This document shows, in pieces, positions 41,541 to 53,504 of a stretch of DNA of 64,000 bases. The stretch covers positions 7,502,001 through 7,566,000 of the forward strand of contig OX597826.1 in the NCBI GenBank assembly GCA_951406725.2. The letters are read 5' to 3'. Origin of the DNA: Octopus vulgaris. Taxonomy: Eukaryota. Position 1 is the first letter of the stretch; every line of letters starts with the position of its first letter. The position numbers and the translations under genes are program-made. The notes below the pieces were generated by a model. That model was not told the origin of the DNA, searched no databases, and was given only the letters and a program-made list of their open reading frames with translations.

Positions 41541-42427
41541 CAAATTCAGCAGTTACTGTAGAATCGAAGATCTGTTGAAAACGAAGCGAGTAACGGTCTT
41601 CGGAATATCGATCTTTGCATTTGGCCTTTTCGTCGATCATTCTTGAACTTTTGCTGCTAATGGTTTTATTGTTGTTTTAGGTGTTGTCGCTCTTGTTATT
41701 GTTGTAGTTGGTGTTGTTACGGTAGTAATAGCAGTACCGGTAGAAGTAGTAGTAGTAGTAGTAGTAGTGGTTGACTTGTCATTGTGTGTGTATAGTCTTT
41801 GCTAGTGTTGCCTTTACAAAGGTAGTTTATTCGGTAATTTTGCTTTCGTTGCTACCGATGTTGTTCGTGCGCCATATTAGTTGCTTCGTGACAACAATGG
41901 TGTTAATGGTAGTAGCAACGTTGTTAATATCAATTATTAGTATTATTGTTAGTATGGTTAGTATTATTTTGATCATTGCTATTGCAAGACACTTCTTCGA
42001 TTATTGTTATTTTCCTTTTGTGTTGCTGGTGTTGTTAGAAGTCGCATTGGTTATTTCCGTAGTAGTTCTCATTGTCGAAATTATTGCAGTTAGCATTGTA
42101 AGTATTGTTGTTAATGCAACTGTTACGAAATAATTGTTTGGTTATTGTGCTCCGGTTTGTGTTGCCGTTGGCAGTAGTAGTTGTATTGGCTGTTGTCAAG
42201 GTAGAGGCGGTGTAGGCGGTGATATTGTTGTGGTTACGATTTTCGTTACTTTGGTTGCAGTTTTGCTTCTGTTGGCGTTTGCACCGTTGTCTCTGTTAAT
42301 ATTCTGCTGTTAACAGATTTTGCCAGTGTCTTCCATCTTAATTGTATTAGTGATAATAAAGCTGTTAAATTATTTGCGTGTTATGGTAGTTGTAGTTACC
42401 ATTCTGTTAATACTGTTGTTATTATTA

Positions 42428-42462
<35 letters not shown>

Positions 42463-42465
42463 GTT

Positions 42466-44420
42466 GGTAAGCTGGCAGAAACGTTAGCACGCCGGACGAA
42501 ATGCGTAGCAGTATTAGGTCTGCCGTTGCGTTCTGAGTTCAAATTCCGCCGAGGTCGACTTTGCCTTTTATCATTTCGGGGTCGATAAATTAAGTACCAG
42601 TTACGCACTGGGGTCGATATAATATACTTAATCCGTCTGTCTGTCCTTGTTTGTCTCCTCTGTGTTTAGCCCTTTGTAGGTAGTAAAGAAATAGGTATTT
42701 CGTCTGCCGCTACGTTCTGAGTTCAAATTCTGCTGAGGTCGACTTTGCCGTTCATCCTTTCGGGCTCGATAAATTAAGTACCAGTTACGCACTGGGGTCG
42801 ATATAATCGACTTAATCCGTTTGTCTGTCCTTGTTTGTCTCCTCTGTGTTTAACCCTTTGTAGGTAGTAAAGTAATAGGTACTTCGTCTGCCGCTACGTT
42901 CTGAGTTCAAATTCTGCTGAGGTCGACTTTGCCTTTCATCCTTTCGGGCTCGATAAATTAAGTACCAGTTACGCACTGGGGTCGATATAATCGACTTAAT
43001 CCGTTTGTCTGTCCTTGTTTGTCTCCTCTGTGTTTAACCCTTTGTAGGTAGTAAAGTAATAGGTACTTCGTCTGCCGCTACGTTCTGAGTTCAAATTCTG
43101 CTGAGGTCGACTTTGCCTTTCATCCTTTCGGGATCGATAAATTAAGTACCAGTTACGCACTGGGGTCGATATAATCGACTTAATCCATTTGTCTGTCCTT
43201 GTTTGTCCTCTCTGTGTTTAGCCCCTAGTGGGTAGTAAAGAAATAGGTATTTCGTCCGTCGCTCCGTTCTGAATTCATATTCCATCGAGGTCAACTTTGC
43301 CTTGCATCCTTTCGGCTTCGATGTATTAAGTACCAGTGAAACACTGGGGTCGATGTAATCGTCTAGTCCCCTCCCAATAAACTTGAGTGCTTGTGCCTGC
43401 AGAATAAAGGATTATTACTAGTGTTGGTAAGGCGGCGAGCTGGCAGAAACTTTAGCACGCCGGGCGAAATACTTAGCGGTATTTCGTCTGCCGCTACGTT
43501 CTGAGTTCAAATTCCGCCTTGGTTGACTTCGCCTTTCATCCTTTCGGGGGGGGGGGGTCGATTAAATAAGTACCAGTTACGCACTGGGGCCGACAAACTC
43601 GACTTAATCCGTTTGTCTGTCCTTGTTTGTCCTCTCTGTGTTTAGCCCCTTGTGGGTAGTAAAGAAATAGGTATTTCACATGTCCCTATATTCTGAATTC
43701 AAATTCCATCGTGATCGAGTTTGTTTTTCATCCTTTCGGAGTCGGTAAATTAAGTACCAGCTGCGTACTGAGGTCTATTAAATCGACTGGCCCCCTCCCC
43801 AAAAATTTCGGGCCTTGTGCCTAGAGTAGAAAAGAATAGTTATTATGCTGGGCAAAATGCTTAGCGGTATTTCAGATGTCCCTATATTCTGAGTTCAAAT
43901 TCCATCGTGATCGACTTTGCCTTTCATCCTTTCGGTGTCGATAAATTAATACCAGTGAAATACTGTAGTTGATAGAACTGACTAGTCCCCTCACCCAAAA
44001 TTTCAAGCCTATTATTTTTGTAGCTAAGGCTAGTCGAAATGTTTAGCGATATTTCGACTGTCGATATGTTCTGAATTCAAATTCTGCCGTGGTCGACTTT
44101 GCTTATCATTCTTTCGGGCTTGATAAATCAAGTACCAGTTGCGTACTGGGTCGATCTAATCGACTGGCTCCCTCTCCCCCCAAAACGTCGGACCTTGTGC
44201 CGAGAGTAGGAAAGAATCGTTAGCACGCTGGTGAAAATGCTTAGCATCATTTCGTCCGACTTTACGTTCTGAGTTCAAATTCTGAGTTCAACTCAAATTT
44301 CCCTGTCATCATTTTCGAAGCAATGATATAAATTAAGTCATAACCGATGTCAATCTACTTGACTGATACTCTCACTCCGCTTAAAATTAGCCGGCCATGT
44401 GACAAAGTTTGAAACACCTA
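42466..44420 (+). repeat. Long head-to-tail array of about 10 Meta-domain SINE units, including a 184-bp periodic core
   Basis: AGGTA(T/C)TTCGTC junctions at 42693, 42877, 43061 and 43245; a second full head at 43430; increasingly diverged units to the right. Confidence 0.92.
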
Positions 44421-45075
44421 ATGTTCTTTGGTATATTTATGTTCGATGTCACTGTTCGCTCACTGTTCAAGACGTCCACGTTAGTGTTGCTCCCTATGGA
44501 AGCACCTATTATTCTTTCGTTTTGTCAGTGAAAAAATGTAAACCTGACGGAGATATAGTTGCTATTTTCAGTTGTTCGAACTGCTACGTAGAGTCTCCAT
44601 CGTTGTCTTGCTATCTTCTAATAACGTTGTTTTAGCTACTGTCGTACATGGTGGATACAGTAAGGATGATGATATCATCTTTGTTATAATATTGGTCGTA
44701 GTGATGATGATAGTGATAGTGTCATTAATGCCATTGGTGTGGGGCGATGGTATCGAAGACGTCATTGCTGCATTGATGATGGTAGCGTCGATGGCGAAAT
44801 TGAAACTGTTGTTACAGATATCTATCTCATTCATGTTGCTCTTAGTCTGGTTGAACTATTATCGTTGTTGCTTTTATTTTAGCTTCAGTCTTTGTTATAT
44901 ATGTTATTATTGCCGCTATTAATGTTGCTATTTCATTTGTTATCGTTCTAGTTGCTAATCTTAGCCTCATTTTGTTACTAGCGTTTCATGCTTTTGTTCT
45001 TTCTGTCTTCGTGATATGGAAGCTGATATTTCACTTGTTATTGCTTCTTCTGTTGCTGTTGCTGTTGTTGCTGTT

Positions 45076-45385
45076 GAGCGAAGCGGTCTTCGTCCCAGAG
45101 CGGGAGAAGTCCGAAACGTTGTCTTTTGCTATTCGTAAGACACGCTGAAGAGAAAGCAGGTCAACCCCTGACTCCGACAGCATCGACGGATGGATGACTG
45201 AGCATCCAGGAAGAAACAGTGAGAGAAAGTTGAGGCGAAAGAGTACAACAGGAGTCGCTACCACCCCCTACCGGAGACTCGTGGAGCTTTAGGTGTTTTC
45301 GCTCAATAAACACACACAACGCCCGGTCTGGGAATCGAAACTGCGATCCTCCGCTGCCCTAACCACTGGGCAATTGCGCCTCCAC
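45076..45385 (-). mobile_element. SINE family 3 variant with an alternative 3' module
   Basis: 45208-45385 matches the head and body of 8985-9371; 45076-45207 is unrelated to that copy's tail. Confidence 0.78.
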
Positions 45386-45435
45386 TGCTTCTGCTATAGT
45401 TTCCTTTCCTGAGTTCACATTTTGTTGTACATTTG

Positions 45436-45773
45436 TTATTACCTCCGCCTTCGCTAAGACGGAGGTATTGTTTTCAGTTGTGTTTGTTTATCCTTGGAGA
45501 AGATATCTCAAGAACCGCTGGATGAACCGTGACAGGCACGAATTGATTATATTTTGGAATTGATCCGGTACGGGCAAGAATTCCGGATTATTTTTTCCGG
45601 TTGTTTTACTTAATTTTTGAGAGAGGTCGGGTTCATTTCCAGTATTCTCCTTTGTGAGAGCAGTCGAGTTTGTCTCTGATATTTTCATTTTAACAATTCA
45701 TCTCCGGCTAATCGTTGAGAGGACGTTGGTATTGCCTTGGCGGAAGTTTGTGCTCTCTAGGTGTTCTTGTAGC
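45436..45773 (+). mobile_element. Helentron-associated (HINE/DINE-like) non-autonomous element
   Basis: TTATTACCTCCGCC...CGGAGGTATTGTTTT 5' inverted motif, a subterminal GGCGGAAGT complement, and a short 3' hairpin region. Confidence 0.68.
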
Positions 45774-45973
45774 TGTATTCAACTGATCCATTTGACGCTG
45801 TTGTTAATGTTGCTTGTGCTTCTATAACCGCCGTTCGATTCTCATTGTTCGATTAATCGCTTTGCTGCCATTGTTTTTACTGTTGTTGTATTTCATTGTT
45901 TATTGTTATTTGCTAGTAAATAATTGTTGCTGTTGTTGTTGTTGTGGTCGTCGTTGATATTTATGTTCGTCAT

Positions 45974-47020
45974 AAGACGGCGAGCTGGCAGAAACGTTAA
46001 AACGCCGGGCGAAATGCGTAGCCCTATTTCGTCTGACGTTACGTTCTGAGTTCAAATTTCGCCGAGGTCGACTTTGCCTTTCATCCTTCCGGGGTCGATA
46101 AATTAAGTACCAGTAACGCACTGGGCTCGATATAATCGATTTAATCCGTTGATCTGTCCTTGCTTGTCCTCTCTGTGTTTAGCCCCTTGTGGGTAGTAAA
46201 GAAATAGGTATTTCGTCTGTCTGTACGTTCTGAGTTCAAATTCAGCCGAGGTCACCTTTGCCTTTCATCCTTTCGGGGTCGATAAATTAAGTACCAGGTA
46301 CGTACTGGGGAAGATCTAATCGACTGGCCTCTCCCCCTCCCCAAATTTTGGACCTTGTGCCTAGATTAGAACAGATTCGTTAGCAGGCCGGGCAAGATGC
46401 TCAGCAGCATTTTGTCCGTCTCAACCTTCTGAGTTCAAATTCCACTGAAGTCGGTTGTGCTTTTCGTCCTTTCGTGGTCAATAAATTAAGCACCAGTTGA
46501 AAAATGGTGTCGATGTAATCGATTAGTACCCTACTTTGAAATGTTAAGCCTTGCACCTACAGTAGAAAAGAATATTTATGTTCGTCATGAGGCGGTGAGA
46601 TGGCAAGTTCATTCGCACGCCGAGGAAATCCTCGACAGCATTTCAGATTTAAAATTCCGGCTGAGGTGTGTCCCACCTTTCATCCTTACGGAGTCGATAA
46701 AATAAGATCACTTGATGGGTGTGGTTGATATAAATGACATATCCCTCTCACCCTGATATTACTGGCCCTGTGACAAAATTTGAAATCAATATTTATTTCC
46801 GTCATCAGGCAACGAACTGGCAGAATCTTTAGCACCCTTACAAAATGCTTAGCCTCATTTTGCTCCTCTCGATCTTCTGAGTTCAAATTCAGACAATGAC
46901 TAGTTTACATTTCATCGCTTCGAGGCCGATAAAATAAGTACCCGTTGAGTAGTGGGGTGGATATAATCGGCCTACTCCCCCCGCTCGAAATTACTGGTCC
47001 TGTGCCAAAATTCGAAGCCA
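45974..47020 (+). mobile_element. Ordered stack of Meta-domain SINEs delimited by four copies of a 17-bp spacer
   Basis: ATATTTATGTTCGTCAT at 45957 and 46572, with variants at 46789 and 47021. Confidence 0.9.
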
Positions 47021-47877
47021 ATGTGTATGTTTGTCACACTACCCTTCAGTCTGTTGCTATTGTCAACCACCTAGCAATTATTCCGATGCTATTGTTTATC
47101 TCCATGATGCTAATTACCTGGGCTGTTATTGCCTTTTGTCAAGCAGTTGTTTTCCTTGCTGTATTTCGAGTGTGTTGTTTATATTGTTGTTCATGTTGCA
47201 GTTGATGTAGCTACTGCTGTTATCCCTCTTACATATTTGCGTTATTATATTTTGTTGTTATTCCATTGCTGCAGGCGCAGTTGCTAATGCATTTGTCCTT
47301 GTAAATCTTTATTCTGCGACTAACACATCAATCCATCTTGTAATTGTTTCGGCGGGATCAATATGTCAAATTGCATTTGATATTATTACAGAGTGGTGTG
47401 ATGTTGTGAGTGTGTTGTAATGTGGTATATAGAATGACGGTAAGTAAGAACGAAAGAACTAGACGCAGTAGAAGTGTTGTAGATGGCCAGAAACGTAAGA
47501 AAAACAGGAAAACAGATGAGACGAAACAGCATGGTTCTTCTTCGTGTTTCCATTAAACATAGCAGTAATGGTCGCAGTGAAATCCTTGCTGTCGATGTCG
47601 TTTACTCATAGAGGAGTAGAGCTATGTTCAATGCATTTTGGCCTTGAACAAATTGTATTTACTTTATTCGGATATAAATCATGTACGATTTCCTTGATGG
47701 GTGTGTCCTTCTTTTTAAAGAGGATGAAGTATGAACCATGGATGATTAGGTTACTATATTTAGCAGTTTCATTGACTTCCTAGAAATTATTTGAAAATGT
47801 GGGAGGAAGTATTAAGAAGTGTTACCGTTTGTGATAGTAGTGGCAGACCTGTTATTTCCGATAGGTGCGTAGTAGCT

Positions 47878-48180
47878 GTGAAGTCGCGTGGCTTTGTGGT
47901 TAGGGCGCTGCACTTAAGATCGCGAGGTCAAAGTTTCGATTCCTGAACAGGGCCGAATATCGTGACTTTGAGCAAAACACTTTATTTTAAGTTGCTCTGC
48001 GATCATTTCAACATCTGTCGTGTGATATACGCCTGGACATACACCTGGACAAACAGTGCCTATTTGATGGCGGAAATCAACTAATGTGCAACACAAACAT
48101 TTGATCGTTGTAAACAAAAAATCTGTGCAGGTTGTTTCAGAGCAATTTGTGGAAAATTCATCTATCGTTTCCTACAGAAG
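47878..48180 (+). mobile_element. Degenerate tRNA-derived SINE with CORE-like segment
   Basis: GTGGCTTTGTGGTTAGGG...GTTTCGATTCC, CTTTGAGCAAAACACTT. Confidence 0.65.
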
Positions 48181-48559
48181 ATTCCTCCGGCGTAGGGGTA
48201 ATGGTGCGGCATTTATAGTAATAACGGGTTCGCTGGTTGTTTTGATATATAAATCATAGATTTGAGGTAGTGGTTGCATTTAATACCTATGGTTTTGTTG
48301 CAAATTATTTACAATGAGGATCGTGGTTGGTGATTTTGATAGAGTTGACGGCTGTGTTTGGTCATGTAATAGACGTACTATGAAACATAGACTATTTGGC
48401 ATGAGATAGATATTTGCGGTGTGGGAACGGTTGTTGTCACTAGATTAGTGGTTGTTTTAATAAAAATGTTAATGCCATTTTCGGTCATGACTTTGCTACG
48501 AGTGAAATGGTTATAAGAACGTTGTTGATTCTTATAAGTACGGTCTTGGAAATGTAGTA

Positions 48560-48566
48560 AACCTTC

Positions 48567-48619
<53 letters not shown>

Positions 48620-48735
48620 ATAGTAATAGTAGTGGTAGTAATAGTAGTGGCGGTGGTGGTAGTCGTAGTAGTAGCAGCAGCAGCAGTAGTATTAGTAGTA
48701 GTAGCAGCATTAGTAGAAGTAGTAGTAGTAGTAGT

Positions 48736-48767
<32 letters not shown>

Positions 48768-49190
48768 TAGTAGTAATGGTGATGGTGGTACTACTACTAC
48801 TACTACTAACACAACCATGATGTTGATGATGATGATGACAATGACAATGATGATAACGATGATGACGATGATGATGATAATCTTGATGACAACGACGACG
48901 ACAACGATGACGATGATGATGAGGAGGAGGAGGTGGAGGATCACTGTGATGATGTGGATGAAGATGATCACGATGATGACGACGACGATGACGGAGATGA
49001 TATGATGATGATGATGATGATGAGGATGATGATGATGATGATGATGGTGATGATGATGTTGATGATGAAGATGATGATGATGATGATATGATGATGATGG
49101 TGATGATGAAGATGATGATGATGATGATATGATGATGATGATGATGATGGTGATGGTGATGATGATGTTGGTGATGATGATGGTGATATT
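48560..49190. repeat. (TAG)n/(CAG)n/(GAT)n trinucleotide region
   Basis: Direct reading. Confidence 0.9.
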
Positions 49191-49213
49191 AAGTGGCGTT
49201 GACAGAGATTTAC

Positions 49214-49550
49214 TGAATAGATGCAGCAGCAGTTGTAGTAGCGACGCCAGTGCCGCGCTCAGCATGCAATTGGAGGGGGGTGGGGGTGGGGGTGGGGGTG
49301 GATGGATGTCGGATGTTGATGGCGATAATAGATGTGCGATAGCGCAGTTCGGTTTGTTGTGCAGTGTACGAGATGTCGTCGATAATGCGAGCGTCGGAGC
49401 TTGTGATGTGTCGCGCTTACTCGTAGGAATGGCGGTGGTTTGTGGCGGTAGTGGGTGTTGGTGTTGGTGGTGGTGGTGGTGGTGGTGGTGGCCGTCGATG
49501 TGAAGGTGGTGTTGGTTGTGGGGGTGTGGGGTGTTGGTACTGGTGGACAT
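49214..49550 (-). CDS. Candidate first coding exon: His/Pro-rich N-terminus ending in a hydrophobic signal/anchor-like segment
   Basis: ATG at 49550, then 112 codons MSTSTNTPHP...PPPPSNCMLSAALASLLQLLLHLF. A phase-1 donor-like CA|GTAAAT sits at 49214/49213, just where the sequence turns into pure microsatellite. No homology recognised. Confidence 0.3.
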
Positions 49551-49619
49551 AGTTCTAGTTGCGGTGTATATGGCATTATTTAGGTGCGTATATTGCTTGC
49601 TGATGAAGGTGGAGTAGTG

Positions 49620-49662
<43 letters not shown>

Positions 49663-50759
49663 CAGCAGCAGCAGTAATAGTAGTAGTAGTAGTAGTAGTA
49701 ATAGCAGCAGCAGCAGCAGTAACGGTAGTAGTAGTAGTAGTAGTAGTAGTTCTGATGGTGTGGAGGTTGGGAGGAATATGGTGATGATGATGACGTTGAT
49801 TATGGAGGAGGAAGAAGAAGAAGAAGAGGGGGAGGAGGAAGGGAGGAGTAGGGGAGGAGTAGGAGGAAGAGCATGGTGATGGCGACGACGACGATGATGA
49901 TGATGATGATGATGATAATGACGGAACGGAACGTCGTGTAATCGCGGTGTATCTTATTGTGGTACGCTGTTGTAGATTTTGTTGTGGTAGTTAGTGCTGA
50001 CAAATATCGTTGTGCCAGTGGTGGTGGTGTTGATGGTGGTGGTGGTGGTGGTGGTGTCGTTGGTGGTAGCGCTAGTTTTGGTGGAGCTGATGTAGCTGGT
50101 CCTATTGGTGGTGATGGTGGTTGTAGTTTTGGTTTTGGAGTCGGCGCTGGTAATGGTGGTGTGGGGCAGACGGTGGCGGTGGTAATATTGATGGTACTGG
50201 TGGCACTAGTGGTGCTGGCAACGGCCGGCAATGGTGGTAGTGTTAGTGGTGGCAGTGGCGGCAGTGGCGGCGGCGGTGGTGGTAGATGTGGAGGCGCTGG
50301 TGTTGGTGGTGGAAGTGGCGGCGGCAGCGGCTACGGCGGTGACAGTGGTGGTGGTGGTGACTGTACTGGTAATGGCGATAGGTTTTTGGTTGAAACAGCA
50401 AAAGGAAAAAAAAATAACACCAAGTAAAGGAAAAATGAAGAAGGAGAAAAAGAAAAAGAAAAAAACGAACCGAAAAAGTAAAATGAAAGAAGAGAGATTA
50501 ATTTTAAAGCAAGCATTTTCTTCTTGCTGCCAACACATACACGCACCTTAACTTGCAAGGAATTCAATTATTGACTGGTATTGATTTGATTAGGAGAGCC
50601 TGAAACATATATAACGTTCTCTCGTTGTATTCAATTCTGTTGTGAGATACTCTCACGCGTTGTTGTTTTCAGCGATGCTCTTTCCTGTTGTTTTCTGTTT
50701 CGTTTTCCGCCATTTTTATTCATTACGATATTTGGTCCTTGTATATGTGCGCATGTGTG

Positions 50760-51154
50760 TGTATGAATGTCTGTCTGTCTGTCTGTCTGTACGTATGTAT
50801 GTATGTATGTATGTATGTATGTATGTATGTATGTATGAGTGTGTGTATATGGGTTTTGTTTCGTTTCCAGTTTATGTATGTATATATATATATATATAAA
50901 TATATATATGCATGTACGTGTATGTACGTACTTGTGCATGTACATATGTAATTATGTTGTGCATATATGCATATATGTACATATGTGTATATGTATATAT
51001 ATATATATATATATGTGCGTGTGTATGTGTGTGTATATATATATATATGTATATATATGTATATATATGTATATATATGTATATATATATATGTATATAT
51101 ATATGTATATATATATATGTATATATATATATATGTATATATGCATATATATAT

Positions 51155-51204
<50 letters not shown>

Positions 51205-51340
51205 GTATATATATATATATACACACCATATAATATGTATGTACTTCTGTGTATGCATCAATGTGACTATATCTCTGTACGCATGTGTGTGTGTCTATAT
51301 ATATGTAAGTATCTATGTTTATATGTTTATCTATGTATGC
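50760..51340. repeat. (TATG)n/(TA)n microsatellite cluster
   Basis: Direct reading. Confidence 0.9.
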
Positions 51341-51520
51341 GTGTAGATGTTTTTCTTTTTTCGCCATTACCTTTCCTTCATTTTTATTCTTTCCATTTTA
51401 TTGCATTTTCTTCCTATGGTTGATTATTTTTGCCTTGTGCTTATTCTGTATGTCTTTTCTGTACTTGTCCGTTTGTTTGTTTTTTTTGTGGTCATTTAAT
51501 ATAACACACACACACACACA

Positions 51521-51616
51521 CACTAATCAGCTGATACGGATATATATATACATGTGTGTGTTGTGTGTGTACACAACACACACATGTATATATATATCCG
51601 TATCAGCTGATTAGTG
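51521..51616. repeat. Perfect 46-bp inverted repeat with a 4-nt loop
   Basis: 51521-51566 is the exact reverse complement of 51571-51616. Confidence 0.95.
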
Positions 51617-51905
51617 CAGCGAGACACAGGTCTCTGAAATAGGAGTGATCTGCTCTCTTGTCAGTTCGTAGCAACTCCCTCTCCAGTGATCGATGCTGAA
51701 GAAGAAGTAAATGCTGCGAAATGCACGCATCAGTCAATCTCGGTATGGGGATCTCTGGACTGACTTGCTTGCACCTAATGGCAAAATGCAGTTAATGACA
51801 TTCTTACGGATTCGAATAAGCTTTGAGTGTGTTTAAACTGGTAACAAGGTTTCTATATTTAAACATCGCTGCTTAGCCATTGTAATCCGTATGTGTATGT
51901 AGTTG

Positions 51906-51999
<94 letters not shown>

Positions 52000-52048
52000 T
52001 GTGTGTGTGTGTGTGTGCATATATATATATATGCACACACACGTTGTA

Positions 52049-52295
52049 TGTGGAGGCGCGTGGCTTTGTGGTTAGTGTGTCAGCACCATGATCATAAGAT
52101 TGTGGTTTCGATTCCTGGACCGGGCGACGCGTGGTGTTCTTGAGAAAAACACTTCATTTCACGTTACTCCAGTCCACTCAGCTGGCAAAATTGAGTAACA
52201 CTGCGATGGACTGGCGTCCCGTTCAGCTGGGGAACACATACGCCATTGAAACCGGGAAACCGGGCCCGTGAGACTGACTAAGCTTTAAAAGGGCG
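52049..52295 (+). mobile_element. tRNA-derived SINE with CORE-like and V-like central segments (family 4)
   Basis: GGAGGCGCGTGGCTTTGTGGTTAG...GGTTTCGATTCC head, TTCTTGAGAAAAACACTT and CTGCGATGGACTGGCGTCCCGTTCAG. Confidence 0.75.
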
Positions 52296-53036
52296 TATTG
52301 CGTTTGGGGAGAGTCATTTTTTTAGTACCTTATTATTTAACACACACACCGATGAAGTTTCCACTCATTTACTTATTTATTTTTCCTAAAATTTTCTTTG
52401 CGGCTTGTAACCTTTTCAGTAGTCGTTGATTGTGTCCATCATCCGAGCAGCGTTCTTTTTGACTGTTTGAGCGCATGCGTGTAGGTCAGTGCGCGTGCGC
52501 ATAAACATATTTATGTATGCATGAATGTATGCATGCATGAATGTATATATGGGTGTGTGGATGTATGTGTGTACACTTGTATGTATGTATGTATCCTGCA
52601 TATTCATGTGTTTGTGTGTTCGTGCTTGCGTGTTTGAATGTGTGTATGTGTGTGTGTGTGCGAGTGGTGTGTATGTGTCTTTGCATGTACCTCTGTGTCC
52701 TCGTGTGTGCATGTCTGGGTGTCTCTGTTCATGGGTTTGTGACTATGCACTCCGTCTGTTATATATGGATCTCTCTCTAAATGTGTCCTTGTGTGAAGTG
52801 AAGTGTGTATGTGTGTATATGGTCACGAGCTTTAGTTTTCATTTACATATGTGTGTACGTGTGCTTGGCTGTTCATATTACCTATGTACCTACCTGTCTG
52901 TATGTATATCTGTTCACATTCATATACATTTGCCTGCATAATATGCATATACATATACATATACATATATATACACATATACACACACAAATGCATACAT
53001 CTACATAGTAGTCCACTAACTTTTTTACCTGTTTAT

Positions 53037-53416
53037 TTTTACCGGTTACGACGAGGAGGGTTCCAGTTGATCCGAATCAACGGAACAGCCTGCTCGTGAA
53101 ATTAACGTGTAAGTGGCTGAGCACCCTACACAGACACGTGTACCCTTAACGTAGTTCTCGGGGATATTCAGCGTGACACAGAGAGTGACAAGACCGGCCC
53201 CTTGAAATACAGGTACAACAGAAACAGGAAGTAAGAGTGAGAGAAAGTTGTGGTGAAAGAGTACAACAGGGACCACCACCATCCCCTGCCCGAGCCTCGT
53301 GGAGCTTTTAGGTGTTTTCTCTCAATAAACACTCACAACGCCCGGTCTGGGAATCGAGACTACGATCCTGTGACCGCGAGTCCGCTGCCCTAACGACTGG
53401 GCCATTGCGCCTACAC
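53037..53416 (-). mobile_element. SINE family 3, 11-bp TSD
   Basis: TACCTGTTTAT at 53026-53036 and 53417-53427; closely matches 8985-9371. Confidence 0.9.
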
Positions 53417-53504
53417 TACCTGTTTATATATATGTATAGACGTATATATATATATATATATAAACTGTGGGTATAGTGGTATGACTACCTACAACGTATA
53501 TTTC

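Noticed and set aside
45083-45150. Hammerhead-like GAAACG...CGTA with flanking stems
   Set aside because: No CUGANGA core at the required position, and it lies antisense to the SINE.
45957-47037. CRISPR-like repeat/spacer appearance
   Set aside because: The DNA is eukaryotic with no cas genes; the repeats are 17-bp TSD-like sequences and the spacers are SINEs.
48378-49213. Distal part of the 390-aa minus-strand ORF
   Set aside because: It runs through pure (CAT)n/(CTA)n repeats; only the first 112 codons are kept as a candidate exon.
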